Positions 48,483 through 61,768 of a stretch of 64,000 bases of DNA are shown one piece after another. The stretch comes from Octopus bimaculoides (lineage: Eukaryota): positions 12,233,532-12,297,531 of the forward strand of contig NC_068981.1 of assembly GCF_001194135.2 (NCBI RefSeq). The letters run 5' to 3'. The notes under the pieces were generated by a model. That model made no database searches and had not been told where the DNA came from. It saw only the letters and a program-made list of their open reading frames with translations. Positions within the stretch are counted from its first letter, which is position 1. Each line of letters opens with the position of its first letter. The position numbers and the translations under genes are program-made.

Positions 48483-50450
48483 CTAGCAGCAGTGCCCGGC
48501 GTTGCTCAGGGCTGAATCGCTTTAAAGCACTGTTAATGATTCTACTCAATTATGATTAGTGAGGCAAAGATTGATAGAAGTTAACACCCCACCAATCAAT
48601 TTGTAACACTCTAAGAAGCGGGTAACAATAGAATATCAGGTGGCCCTGAAAAGGCTGTGTTATCGTTCTCACAATTGTAACAATTTGGCAGGTAGTCCTG
48701 GAAGGGTGTGTAAAACGTTCGCAGGTGAATACGGCGTGTTCCTTTTCCACCAATGGCAGCGGACGTGCTGTTACAAAACTTCATGCTCTGTGAAAACAGA
48801 ATAGATGCCCTATGGAGGAAAGAGGGGGATTAATTATAGGTAAGTAAATACGGGTAAGTTCGAAAATAAACAACAATGGCATCTCTTCAACTTATGAAAG
48901 ACCGGCAAGCGTGTAGTGGTGCTGAATAGATGAATCACAACACCTCAGTCATGGAGATGTGCAAAATAGCCTGTTACGTTTGAATATTTTGTATTTTATG
49001 TAAAATGTAATGGTGTAAAATATAATGGTGAGAGAGAAGATGTATGTATTTAGTTTTATCAACTTTTTAAGTCTTGTTATTTGAAGTATATTGTAATGGC
49101 GTGTAAGAGATAGTTACTTCTTCATGTAATTAGTTTTATCCAATTCTTTCATTGATTAACGTTATGATTATATTTGTTGTATAAAATGATATGTTGCTTG
49201 GTTTCAAATTGTATGTTGCCTCCTGTTGCCGCTGATGTAAACTGTAAGATTGAGAGAGGAGATGGAAGGGGGTAGACGTTCCATATACGTTGGATGTAGA
49301 AGGTGAGGTTGCTGTGCTGACGAAGGCAGGGAAATAGAGCTGAGCGGAGGCCAAGCGTTGGTGAGGTGTGAAGTACTTGCAGGGAACCGCCCAAAAATGT
49401 AAACGTTGTCATAAAAGCATTGTTGGCCCTTTGAGAGTCGTACGGAAGTGAAATAGTAAAGTGTCCATGGTCCTCGGATGCCCGCTGAATGGGAGTTAGT
49501 GAGGAACAACAGCTGATGTTTGAGCAGGGTCTGATTTGTCATGAAGCTTTGTAACGCCGCGAGAATTAGCCTTTTCACAGCTGATGGTGGAGAGTGTAAA
49601 GTGCACTGCAATGAATATTAACCTACACCTACCTAGAAATTACTGACGAAAAGGCAAAAATTAAAACGAAATTTGAAAAAGTTATAAAATTAGGAAGCGA
49701 AGTAATCCTATAAAACCTCTTTGTACACAATGTTTTTCTGTTTTTCATTGTGGAACGAACGCGAAAGCATCACTCTTGCTGCCCACACGCGAGCAGCCAA
49801 CGTAAAGCTGACCGTGAGAGAAACAAGGCTCCCCCAAATGTATTCCCGCGACAGACAGCGTTTACCCCTGTGCTTTGTTAATTGACATAGTGAAGCATGA
49901 CCTGAAAGGGAACAGGGACCTACGAAATGTGAAATGTAGGTCTGCTCCTGATGCATCCTCAGTATGAGCACAACGTTGCCTCGACCGCATCTTGTGATTA
50001 TTGTGGCCTCAATTAGATAGGGAGATAAGGACTTAACGATAAAACGTGTCCCATTTCATTGTTTCGGCGGAACCAAGTTTCGAATGAGCATTATAGGGGC
50101 ACCAACTCTAAGATTCCGAATATGTGGGGGTAATCCAGGGAGCTCAAAGGAATTTAGTACCTCAATTGTATAGTTGATGACGTCCTCGGGGTCAGGAGTT
50201 CTATCGACAGGCTTATATATATATATATATATAGCAATCCCCAGGAGCAATCCCCAGGAGCAATCCCCAGGAATGAGCTTTAGCATTTGATCATTAATAT
50301 GGTTAACAGTTTTATTCTTCGGGGCCAGNNNNNNNNNNNNNNNNNNNNNNNNNNNNNNNNNNNNNNNNNNNNNNNNNNNNNNNNNNNNNNNNNNNNNNNN
50401 NNNNNNNNNNNNNNNNNNNNNNNNNNNNATCACTTTTGAAATCCGTGTTG
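48483..50450 (-). mobile_element. Helitron relic: helicase C-terminal fragment and intact-looking 3' end
   Basis: LAPKN..LPGLPPH..GAPIMLIRNL (50056-50328), NIVYKEVL* (49708); minus-strand hairpin GCCCTGAGCAACGCCGGGC, then CTAG (48486-48483) followed by T. Confidence 0.85.
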
Positions 50451-50526
50451 CTTATTATTTGATATATATATATATATGCGCCATGCAGTAAGACTGAACA
50501 TGGAACCATGTGGTGCCATGCCTGTG

Positions 50527-50560
<34 letters not shown>

Positions 50561-50598
50561 AGCATACATACGCTCACATACACACACACATATCTATA

Positions 50599-50630
<32 letters not shown>

Positions 50631-51902
50631 AATAATATAAAAATACTTATGAAAAATTTTATAAAAATTCCTCCCCATAATTTTATGCTATGAATTAACC
50701 GGTCCATAGGATTAAGAAAAGAAACATAGACGTTTTAATCTAAGGTATATTTATTTTGTTTTACGAATTAGAATAAATATCCAAATCTAAAAGAGATATC
50801 ACTGGAAGGAATTTTACCAAAGAAAACCCCCCAAAAAACATAATGGCAATATAGAAAACCAAAAACAAAAACAAAACCCAATTAAAGAAGAACCTACTTA
50901 AATATTCAATTGACAGAGTGAAACAGTGATGATTACACTCTGATTAACAGTGTTAATCACAAAGAAAACACATTTAACACCTATAATAAACTTCCTTCAA
51001 AACATTTTAAACACTTATATTCCTTTGAACAACGAAAACCATCTTTCAGATTTAGAATTTTACAGCTTTCTTCTGGAAAATAAAATCAAAAATAATTCCC
51101 CTGAACAAAGAAAACAGAATCATTTAAATCAATAAATTTAGTACCCATGGAATTGATCTCGCTAACAATAACTTTTCTTAAATAGAAGAAATATTTCGTG
51201 ATAAATTCGGAGAAACCGAAAGAGCAACCTTAATGGATCTCGGATTCAAAATCTCATAGAATCTACATGTTTTATTGAAATGTTTCAAAGAAAATTTATA
51301 AAAAACCCAACTAAGTTACTTTTTACTTGAGTAGCATAGGGAACAATTTACTATCAATTAGTTGTTCTTGTCCAAATCTAAATTAGAATGACCTTAATTA
51401 TTAACCTTATAGACCAACTTAGGATTATAAACTTTTAGCACGTAATTATATTTATATTTATGATCATCAGTAACTGGAATGAAAGGATTATTCTCTTTGT
51501 TTGTAGATTTTTAGTTCATTAACTTTTTATGGAGTTTAGATTGTAATGCCAACGGTCGTTATCAAATATTTATAATGTGAAAAGTTATTTTAATCAACGC
51601 TGGAGCTTAATTTATATATATATATATNNNNNNNNNNNNNNNNNNNNNNNNNNNNNNNNNNNNNNNNNNNNNNNNNNNNNNNNNNNNNNNNNNNNNNNNN
51701 NNNNNNNNNNNNNNNNNNNNNNNNNNNNNNNNNNNNNNNNNNNNNNNNNNNNNNNNNNNNNNNNNNNNNNTATATTTCTAGTTTTGAAACGTCTTGCATT
51801 CGAGTAATTTCCTTCTATCGTAATTTAATTGTCTCTTCCTGTCTAAGCTATTAAAGGTCTTTATATTATTTTTTGTTGGTCGAACCTATTCATTCCAATA
51901 AT

Positions 51903-51998
51903 GAATTCCTGAAGAGAAGCCTAATTTATATTTCAAAAGGATTATTGTATACGTTTTGTTTTTGGAATTAATTAGGCTTGGAAGCAATTTATAGAATC
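51903..51998 (+). ncRNA. Hammerhead ribozyme-like relic with long stem II loop
   Basis: ATTC-CTGAAGA-G-AAGCCTAATT (51917-51926) ..43 nt.. AATTAGGCTT (51970-51979)-G-GAAG-CAATT..GAAT: perfect 10-bp stem II and possible stem I ATTC/GAAT. Confidence 0.6.
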
Positions 51999-52329
51999 TT
52001 GTTTGGATTAACACCAACTTTGGATTAAAAGATCGTCTACACCAATATTTTGCTTTACTTATACTAAATGTATTGATTATAACAATACTGAATATATAGT
52101 TTTTATATATTCTTTGCTTGGATAGAACCGGCGAACTTGGATATTTAACATCCCTTTGAAGGATTTTGGTCCTTACTTCTTTTATATAGGATGTGTTCAA
52201 AAGTAGCCAGGTAATTTCTCTTTGGCACAAGCCCGTTGTATTTCAAGCTTTCACCGCTAGAATTCACTTGTTGCAACCCCCAGGCATCAGTCTACCGATC
52301 GGCGTCATCTTCTCTAGTCTTACATCTAC

Positions 52330-53468
52330 GGGGTGTTCCTTTCTTTTGCAGTGCTTCTCCCTTCTTCGTCGATTTTTGCGATGTGGGAAAGGAAGAAACA
52401 GCGTGCTTCCGTGAACCCCTGTATTCTGCTGGGAAAAACGGCGGCTAAAACAGTTGTCATGCTTCATAAAATTTACAACGATGCTACCATAAGCAAAACA
52501 CAAGTTTACGATTCGTTTTCACTCTTTAGGAATGTCATAGGACGCTTGCTTAGCAATCTCGTTCAGAGTCACCGTCGACGAACCGGACAAATAAAAATAT
52601 CACGAAAATTAATGAATTGATATCAGAAGACCGTCACCGAACAATTAACGAACGTTTTGTTATGACTGTTGTGTCCTGGAGATCTTGCGAACGAATATTG
52701 AAGAAGTGCGAATGGAAAGCATTGCCGCAAAATTTTCCGATCGCTTACGGAAGATGCAAAAACAGTCACGACTGAATTTGTGTCGTGAACTGAAGGAACT
52801 GCTGGAAGATGATCCGAACCTTTTTTCGAAGGTCTTGATTGGTGCTCTAAGCTGGTACTAGTACTACTGCTACAAACCGGAAACGAAGCAGCAATCGAGT
52901 CAAATTTGTATCTAGTGAAGTCCAATTCTAAGACGATACCGAATTGTTTCATGGATGCGAAAGGAATTGTCCACACAGAGTTTGTTTCTCCTGGTCAAAT
53001 TGTTAACCAGTTATTCTATTTGGGAATTCTGAAATGTTTGGAACACAAGCTGAGACGAAAACACCCCGACCTGTGGCAATGTGGAAAGTGTTGGTTTCAT
53101 CCTCACAATGCGTATCTACACACTGCCTTGAGTGCGATACAGATTTTGACCAAAACGGGCATGACCCTACTTACCCACCCTCGTTATTTCCCCGTTCTTG
53201 CTCCGTTGAGATTTTTTGTTACCCCGAATGAAATGTCTGCAAAGGAAAACGCTTCGCAGATGCGGAAGAGATGAAGAAAAACACCGGGAGACATTAAAGG
53301 GCATCATTATATAAGTGTACCACGACTGCTTCCAAAAGTGGAAAACGCGTCTGGACCGATGCATTGCTTCAGATGGAGAATAGTCTGAAGGTGCTAAAAG
53401 TATAAACATGTAAACCTAAGTGAATAGAATAGTATTGAATGATTCTGTGTTCATTTCGTTAACCCGTC

Positions 53469-53469
<1 letters not shown>
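52330..53469 (+). mobile_element. Mariner transposon relic
   Basis: KQRASVNPCILLGKTAAKTVVML, GIVHTEFVSPGQIVNQLFYL, HPRYFPVLAP and GE*SEG; ends at a TA run. Confidence 0.9.
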
Positions 53470-53520
<51 letters not shown>

Positions 53521-53545
53521 NNNNNNNNNNCACACATATATATAC

Positions 53546-53576
<31 letters not shown>

Positions 53577-53619
53577 CATAAAATTATAAACACACAAACA
53601 AACATACACACACACATAT

Positions 53620-54345
53620 ATATATGCTAATTGCAACTTCTTCACCGAAGAAGGCCGTCTCTTCAATCAACAAATACTGTCATGAGATCTGACAGTATGA
53701 CTAGACAGACCTGCTCTTGACAAACAAGCTCTACTGCAGAGATTACAAAGATTTTTACGCAGAAAAGTGCCTGGGATTGTAATGAAATCCTGTCTACGAT
53801 GTGCTCGTTTCCAAAGATATTGCTCAATTCTTCGAGCTTCAATTGTTTTACCACTATTGTAGATCATTTATTTCCAAACCGATATATCTTGCATCATCTG
53901 CGCCAAGTCTTCAGCTTTCAAGTTATATTGGTTATTTTCTCTATAGCTTGTATTGCTTTTGGATTAACATCAGCCTAAAGAAAACAAAGATCATATTTTC
54001 TCAGCATTCAGGCCTACCCTATGTGGAACCAAACATCTCTGCCTAGGATACAAGATTAGATGTGGTTGACTCATTCATCTACCATGGCAGTATTCTCTCT
54101 AGAGATAGATCCCTTGATTTGAAAAAGCCAGCAATGAATTTGGAAGGCTTGAAAATCATGTGTGGTCTGAAAGAGGTATCACCTTCCAAACTAAGATTAG
54201 TATCTATGAATCTTGCATTTTAACGGTCCTCCTGTATGCTTCTGAGACCTGGAGGACTTATCGGTGCCACATGAAGGCTTTAGAAAGAATCCATCAGACT
54301 GGCCTAAGGAGAATACATAAAATCAAATCGAAGTCTTTAACGCCA
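53620..54345 (+). mobile_element. RTE-clade LINE RT/thumb relic
   Basis: VWSERGITFQTKISIYESCILTVLLYASETW..LERIHQTGLRRI. Confidence 0.85.
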
Positions 54346-55571
54346 TACACCATTGTTATACACACACACACACGTGTATATGTGTGTCTGTGTGTCTGCA
54401 TCCGCGCGCGTGTGTGCTTATGTGTGTGTGTGTGAGTGTGTTAAATAAGAACTTTCAGAAATTCAGAGAATATGTATAGATACAATCACATCTTGAATTG
54501 TAGAATTCTCCCCCAAATACCGACAATTGTTTCTGTAGTATTAACATATTTAAGTATAAAAAATATCATTGAAATTTATATTTCCGAAAATAATTGTCAA
54601 CACAATATTTTCAGAGTGATCCAAATTTAGTTAAGTGCAAAGTGAACCAGTACACGAACACATTCAAAATGAACGATAAGAAGAAATTTAATCTAGCAAA
54701 AGCTAGTTTTGTTATCAACTGTTGGTGATGTGAGTGGGTAAGGAAAGAAGGAAAAATAAACAAGAATTCTAAGTTACGACATTTAGGAAAATAGAGATTT
54801 TACGTCACAGCAATTATTTACTTATTTATGAAAGCAGTAAATTTAGAAAATATATGCATATTACATATCATACGTAAAGCAATTATTATAAAGCATTGAA
54901 ATATTTAAATGCCCTTCGAAATTTCTGGCAGCATTACATTGTAAAAATCCCATAAAAATAAAGAATAAATTCTGACTTACATTTGAAAAAGAAGCTCAGA
55001 TATTGGCACAGTGGATCTCAAATTCCTGGTGAAGTTCATTTTACTACATTTTGCTACGTTTATTTATTGAGGCTGTTTAATTTTTCACTGATAAAGATAA
55101 ATGAACAAGTGCATTATATATAATAACGAAATCAAAAAATAGTCTTTATATACTGATGTAATTGTGATCGGAACGATGCAAGTTGAATAATATTCATAGA
55201 AAGATTAATGTGCGGCAAAACTTGTAAAATGCTCTCTGTCTATGTTTAATATGTGTGTAACTGAAGAGATCATTTTCTTCAAAACCCAAAATACTGTCTG
55301 AGATATTCGCTATAATACATCATATTATAAATATAACCAGCTGTTTCGCAGTTCAGAATATTACATGCTCCAATAAAATTTGCGTTCGATGTAAATTTTC
55401 CCATATGTTTCCACAATAAAAGGACATTACAAAAGAAAAAAAAAGAAAACCTGTTACTATACGTTTAACTGCTTTAACAGAACAATGAATATGTGATCAT
55501 TGTGTACGTGGTATGAAATTTCACACGAGGTAGGCGTTTACAATTTCTAAGCAAATAAATATTATTCATCC

Positions 55572-55897
55572 TCCACGTGGTTGTGTGGTAAGAAGCATAC
55601 TTCTAAAACGCATGATTGCGGGTTCAGTCGCATGGCGTGGCACGTTTGGCAAGCGTTTTCTACAATAGCCTCGGACCGACAAAAGCCTTGTCAGTGGGAT
55701 TGATAGACGGAAACTGAAAGAAGTTCACCATATATATGTCTGTGTGTGTGTGTGTGTGTTTGTCCCTCCCCTGCGTCATCGCTTGACAGCCGATAGAATA
55801 TATACTAAGCTTACAAAGAATAAACCCTGTGGTCAGTTTGTTCGACTAAAGGTAATGCTTTAGCATGGCTGCAGTCAAGTGACTGTAATAAGTAAAA
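55572..55897 (+). mobile_element. Second tRNA-derived SINE family (internal GT microsatellite)
   Basis: GTGGTTGTGTGGTAAGAAG..GGGTTCAGTC head, GGCAAG..CTACAATAGCC, GACGGAAACTGAAAGAAG and tail GCATGGCTGCAGTCAAGTGACTG. Confidence 0.8.
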
Positions 55898-56237
55898 TAA
55901 TAGAAATAATATTAAGCTGAGTGTATATTTAGTTTTAGTGCTATGAATTTAGTTTTAGTTTTTAATGATGTTTACCATGAATTTTTCAAGTGTCAATGCA
56001 ACACAATTTATTTTAATTAATTTATACAGATAATAGAATTGACTTATCCTTATTCACGAAATAGGCTTTGATTTCAAAATAGTGAACAGAAATAATGATT
56101 CCACTCGCGCAGTTAACTTGAGCATGCCACAATACTGCTATTGTTTATTGTATGTCAGTATTGGTGTTGTTGATACCAGTTACAGCCATGAACGTAAGAC
56201 AGAACCCTCATGTGACGAAAGGTACTACACATCGTTT

Positions 56238-56350
56238 TCTATTCTAAGCCCAAGGCCCGAGGGAGGGGGCCAGTGGATTAGATCGAACCCAGTACGCAAC
56301 TGGTACCTAATATATCGACTCCGAGAGGATGAAAGGCAAAGTCAACTTCG
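56238..56350 (-). mobile_element. SINE fragment (family of 17766-17975)
   Basis: GATTAGATCGAACCCAGTACGCAACTGGTAC..GATGAAAGGCAAAGTCAAC. Confidence 0.8.
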
Positions 56351-57620
56351 AAAGATGCTTCAGATGGTTTCATTACATTATTACTTAATTATCAGTTAAG
56401 TGGTGCTTCCAATGTATATATAGCCAGAAAGCTTAAGTTAATAGGGTGAGATTCTTGGATATAATCCTTGCTCGAAACATGGTAGCATAGTACACAATGG
56501 TTGTTTACACCTGCTCTTTTGATTCCTTCGGTGATGTAACTAAACACAAATCACGTGTTTTATGGAAAGTTGGAAGACGGGTTCAAGCGTATGTTTCATT
56601 CTGTGTGTGTGTATATATATGTATANNNNNNNNNNNNNNNNNNNNNNNNNNNNNNNNNNNNNNNNNNNNNNNNNNNNNNNNNNNNNNNNNNNNNNNNNNN
56701 NNNNNNNNNNNNNNNNNNNNNNNNNNNNNNNNNNNNNNNNNNNNNNNNNNNNNNNNNNNNNNNNNNNNNNNNNNNNNNNNNNNNNNNNNNNNNNNNNNNN
56801 NNNNNNNNNNNNNNNNNNNNNNNNNNNNNNNNNNNNNNNNNNNNNNNNNNNNNNNNNNNNNNNNNNNNNNNNNNNNNNNNNNNNNNNNNNNNNNNNNNNN
56901 NNNNNNNNNNNNNNNNNNNNNNNNNNNNNNNNNNNNNNNNNNNNNNNNNNNNNNNNNNNNNNNNNNNNNNNNNNNNNNNNNNNNNNNNNNNNNNNNNNNN
57001 NNNNNNNNNNNNNNNNNNNNNNNNNNNNNNNNNNNNNNNNNNNNNNNNNNNNNNNNNNNNNNNNNNNNNNNNNNNNNNNNNNNNNNNNNNNNNNNNNNNN
57101 NNNNNNNNNNNNNNNNNNNNNNNNNNNNNNNNNNNNNNNNNNNNNNNNNNNNNNNNNNNNNNNNNNNNNNNNNNNNNNNNNNNNNNNNNNNNNNNNNNNN
57201 NNNNNNNNNNNNNNNNNNNNNNNNNNNNNNNNNNNNNNNNNNNNNNNNNNNNNNNNNNNNNNNNNNNNNNNNNNNNNNNNNNNNNNNNNNNNNNNNNNNN
57301 NNNNNNNNNNNNNNNNNNNNNNNNNNNNNNNNNNNNNNNNNNNNNNNNNNNNNNNNNNNNNNNNNNNNNNNNNNNNNNNNNNNNNNNNNNNNNNNNNNNN
57401 NNNNNNNNNNNNNNNNNNNNNNNNNNNNNNNNNNNNNNNNNNNNNNNNNNNNNNNNNNNNNNNNNNNNNNNNNNNNNNNNNNNNNNNNNNNNNNNNNNNN
57501 NNNNNNNNNNNNNNNNNNNNNNNNNNNNNNNNNNNNNNNNNNNNNNNNNNNNNNNNNNNNNNNNNNNNNNNNNNNNNNNNNNNNNNNNNNNNNNNNNNNN
57601 NNNNNNNNNNNNNNNNNNNC

Positions 57621-60600
57621 CTTGTTTTCCCTTGTGGAGCATATACAAATAGGTTTTTGTTTTGCTGCCCACTCTTGAGCAGCCAACATACAGTTGTCCA
57701 TGTGAGAAGCAGGGCTCTTCCAAGAGAAGACCAGCTACAGACAGTGTTTGACCTGATATTTGTTTATGGACATGGCAAAAGTCACACGAAGGGGGAATTG
57801 TAGTCTTCTGAATGTAAAAGGAATGTCTGCTCCTGATGGAGTAACAACAATTCTTGGAATAAAGACGTCATCCCCTTTTGCACATCCAGAAAGAATGGTA
57901 GCCTCGATAACGTGTGATATCATTTTCTTTATCACGAGTCGTGTTCCATTGCAAAGTCTTGGTGGTTCCAGATTGCGGAACAGCATAACAGGCGTTCCTA
58001 CTTTAAGTGATAATATGTGGGGAGGTAGTCCAGGAGGCTCCAACGAATTGAGAAATTCAGGAGGATAGTTCACCACTTTGTATCTGGAACTGTATCAACA
58101 GACTTATAAGTTTGAAGATTGCCGGGGAGAGAATGCATCAGCTGTTGATTAATTTTTGTAACAGCTACGTTTTTTGGAGCTAATATTGCTCTTTCACACA
58201 GCCAATTGTGATTTTGGTAGTTTTGTTTAAAGTTGGGAAAGACTTTGTGTTTGAGGTCATCTACAGTATTAACAACAGAACAAAATGGCCATACTTCTGT
58301 TTCTTCTGCAGCATCGAGAGGCACCAATTGTCAAAATGTCCTGTGCGAATTTTTTGGACATTTGGTCGCCGTGTAGCTGAGCTCTCATGTTAGTGTTTAG
58401 ACTGAAGATAGTAACATGGTGCCACATGATAGAGGACTTTAGGCATGCTTGGACCTCATCTGCTCTAGTGCCTTTTGGAATGACAGGAAGAGTTTTCCTG
58501 AAATCACCTGACAACAGAAGCGTAACACCTCCCATTGGAGCGTGACAGTCTCGGATGTCTTTCAGGGCTCTATCTAATGCTTCCAAAGCTCTCTTGTGAG
58601 CCATGGTGCATTCATCCCAGACAATTAGATGACACCTTTTAAGTACCTGCCCCTGATCTGAGCTTTTGTTGATGTTACATGAAGGTATCTCGGATGCTGC
58701 TAAATTTAGAGGGAGTTTAAAAGTCGAGTGTGCTGTCCTGCCACCGGGTAACAAAGTAGCTGCAATCCCAGAGGAAGCCACAGCTACTGCAATGTCCTGA
58801 TGCTGCCTAACTTCTGCAAGAAGAAGCTTTGTTATAAATGCTTTTCCTGTCCCTGCAGGAACATCGAGGAAGAAGATTCGTCCATCACGTTGGCGTACAC
58901 TGTTAATAATAGTTGTGTAGGCCTGCAGCTGGTCCAGAAGTAATTTATGCTCGTTTTCAGCAATGTAGTTTGAAAGCGCTTGAATGTCGTATGAGGTTTC
59001 ACGAATGACAGCAGTAGGAAGGCTATTTGACCCTGACCTGAATGTCTGTGGCAGGCCATATGTGGACAATTCATTACCACCCAGTGTGGTAGTTCTGTCT
59101 TCAATGTCAATGAGAGTTTTGTTGTTGACTTCATTGCTGATACCCTCCATGTCAGAATAGAGCCGTTGAGCTTGCCGCTGAAAGTCTTCAGCCAGGTTGT
59201 CCCTGTACTTGAGCCATAGAGTTGCAGGATCACACAATTCGCATGTCTGTAGTAATACTGCAAACAGTGCCCTGAAACTTTTAGGTGATTCTGATAAAGC
59301 AGCCTCTCCCAAAGTTGCATCCCATTGTGCACCATCTTCCAACAGTCCTTGTCGATAGCACGCTTCTCTGTATGTTGTGCAGACATGTCCATGAACGGTT
59401 TTTAGGGTCTGGAAAGACGTTGCCCCTCTGACCTCATGCAGCAGTAGGCGGAGGTAGAAACACTCTTGTTGAGTGGGATGCACTGTGTATACTCGTCCAA
59501 GGCAAGTATCAAACTTAATGCCAGGGTATCCACGAACATTTTGACCTGCTTTCCTTGGTCTCTATTTTTATCCATTCCAAGTGTAGTATGATGGAATCTG
59601 TGGATACAGTAAGGTTTGAGCGAATGGATCCAGTTGACAGAGCTTGAAGAATGCAGTGGGTGTGCTATCCTTTGGTTGCTCTGCCAACAGAGAAGCATTA
59701 GCATCGGTGAAGTAGACTCTTTGACCGTTTTCCAGGTGCACTGCAAGCTGTTGAATGGCGGGGTGACGTTGGTGAAGCGGAAAGCCAAAGATGCGCCAGA
59801 AAGCCTCGTTGCTACTTATGTAGCGTCCCACCTGATAGTGCGTCACCTCATCCTGGCAGTATTGTTGTTGAAGTCCAAACATTGGAGCGTCAGAACATTT
59901 GTTGATATACTTGCAGACATACTTGATGGACTTGACGGAGTTGCAAAACTCAACGTTGATGTGGGCATTGAAAATCTTTGACAGGAGTGGGCAGTAGGGA
60001 ACAATCCATCTTTTATCAACCTCATGCTGTCCTATATTTGCTGTGAAACCGCCGTTTTGTGGCATTCTCCGTCTGTATGATGGATACCCATCAGCACCTG
60101 TCTGAGTTTGTTGTAGGAACTTCCTTGGAAACGTTTTTGAACATACGCCATCTTTCAAACATGGTTGAATCCATGCCCATATGGACCATGCACCATGTTT
60201 GCTTTAACTATGTCGTATAGTACCTTGTCTAAAGCTGGATCAGGAAGTTCTGCAGAGATTATCTTGTCGATGTCAGTTGATTTGATCTTCGTTGAGAGCC
60301 AAAGCAGGATATGAGCATGTGGAAGGCCCATTTTTTGCCATTCGATTGTGTACATGTCACATTGTATGGGTCCGAAGATTTGCCCTTTTTTGATGAGGTC
60401 CATGAGAATAATTAATTTCAGATGGAAAGCTCGAGCGAGGATGTCATGCCTGTCTTTAGGCTTTTGACCGAAGAAGAGTTCGGCCTGAATCTCCTTCCAC
60501 TTATGATTATATGTGAAAGTGATGAATAAGTCAGGCCTGCCGTAATGGCGTACAAAGGTCATTGCATCCTGTGTTCTTTCATGCATATATCGCGGACTTC

Positions 60601-61768
60601 CAGTGAATGTGGAAGGCAAGATGCAAAGTCTTCCTATGCTTGTTGGAGCAGCATCGTTGTTGATGGCATCTCGGAGATGGATGTAGCTGTCAGAGCGCAA
60701 TTTTTGTTGATGTGATCTGATGAAACACAATCTCTCTGATTCCATTTTTGCGCACATATCAACTGCAAATTGATGAAACAGATCTTGAGACTGGTGGAGG
60801 TGATTACAGGAGTTGTTTCGTGTCATACATTGGTATGAGTAGAAGTCCATGCAGGATACTTGCTTGTTCAGATATTCATGACGATTTTGTGGATGTTGCT
60901 GTGGTATACCGATGTGGTAGCCATCTTCACCATAAACAAACAGAAGTGGATACTGAAGTGTGTCGTATGATCGGTGTGTTTCTGTAATTCGTTGGAGGGT
61001 GGTGTCACGTCGCCAAAGGACAATGTCTCTGGGATTGTGCTGTTGACCGTGAAGGAGTACAGCTATTTCATTGCATGTGGGTGCATTGTAACAGCCTGCA
61101 TGTTCTGTAGATGGTCTCTTCTGAGCATCTATGACAACATTGAAATTAGAACAAGTATCGGTTTCCAAGGCATACTTGAAGCTGCGTACGTAGCTGTTTG
61201 TCTGGTGCAGCAGGTCTTGCAGTTGCATTATCAATTGAAATTTAGTGCCATTGGAAATGGAGTTTCGTCGGGTGGCTTGCTCATGTAAATTACCTAGAAA
61301 GTACAGTTGAAGGAATTGAGGATCTTTATTTTCAGCAGGTTCGAGCGATCCTATCCTATGGTAAACCTGTCCCTGAACTTTGAAAGTTGGCATAAACTCA
61401 CCTTCTTGAACAACATTAGCGCTGAAAGATGTCATTTGGAATGCACAATTGTACTTGCGGATGTTATTTAGGAAATGTTTCGACTCCGTATTTGTGCCGT
61501 CGTAGAGTGACCTTAACAGCTGTGGTGGATCCTGCAAGGGAGTGGGGTTAACTTTTCCGTTAGTGCAACACATAGCAGGAGTTTCTCTGGACCACTTATT
61601 AGCATTGCAGAAAGAGCAAGTGATGGACATATCTCCAATGTTTATATCTGGGTGGCCATCATATTGAATGTTAGGGTTGTAGCTGAAAGTCTTTAATAAA
61701 CATCGTGAGTTGCATGGCGTTGAAAATCCTCGTCTATGAGCTCTTTGTTGAATGGAACTCTGCAGCAT
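57621..61768 (-). pseudogene. Helitron RepHel, split into six frames
   Basis: ORF pieces 60155-61768, 59568-60158, 58269-59483, 58070-58327, 57735-58076 and 57621-57723; motif substitutions GKT>GKA, QKRG>QKMG and KSQG>KYQV. Confidence 0.9.

Noticed and set aside
50232-50275. CRISPR-like direct repeats
   Set aside because: 13-bp units are contiguous with no spacers, the context is eukaryotic, and there are no cas genes.
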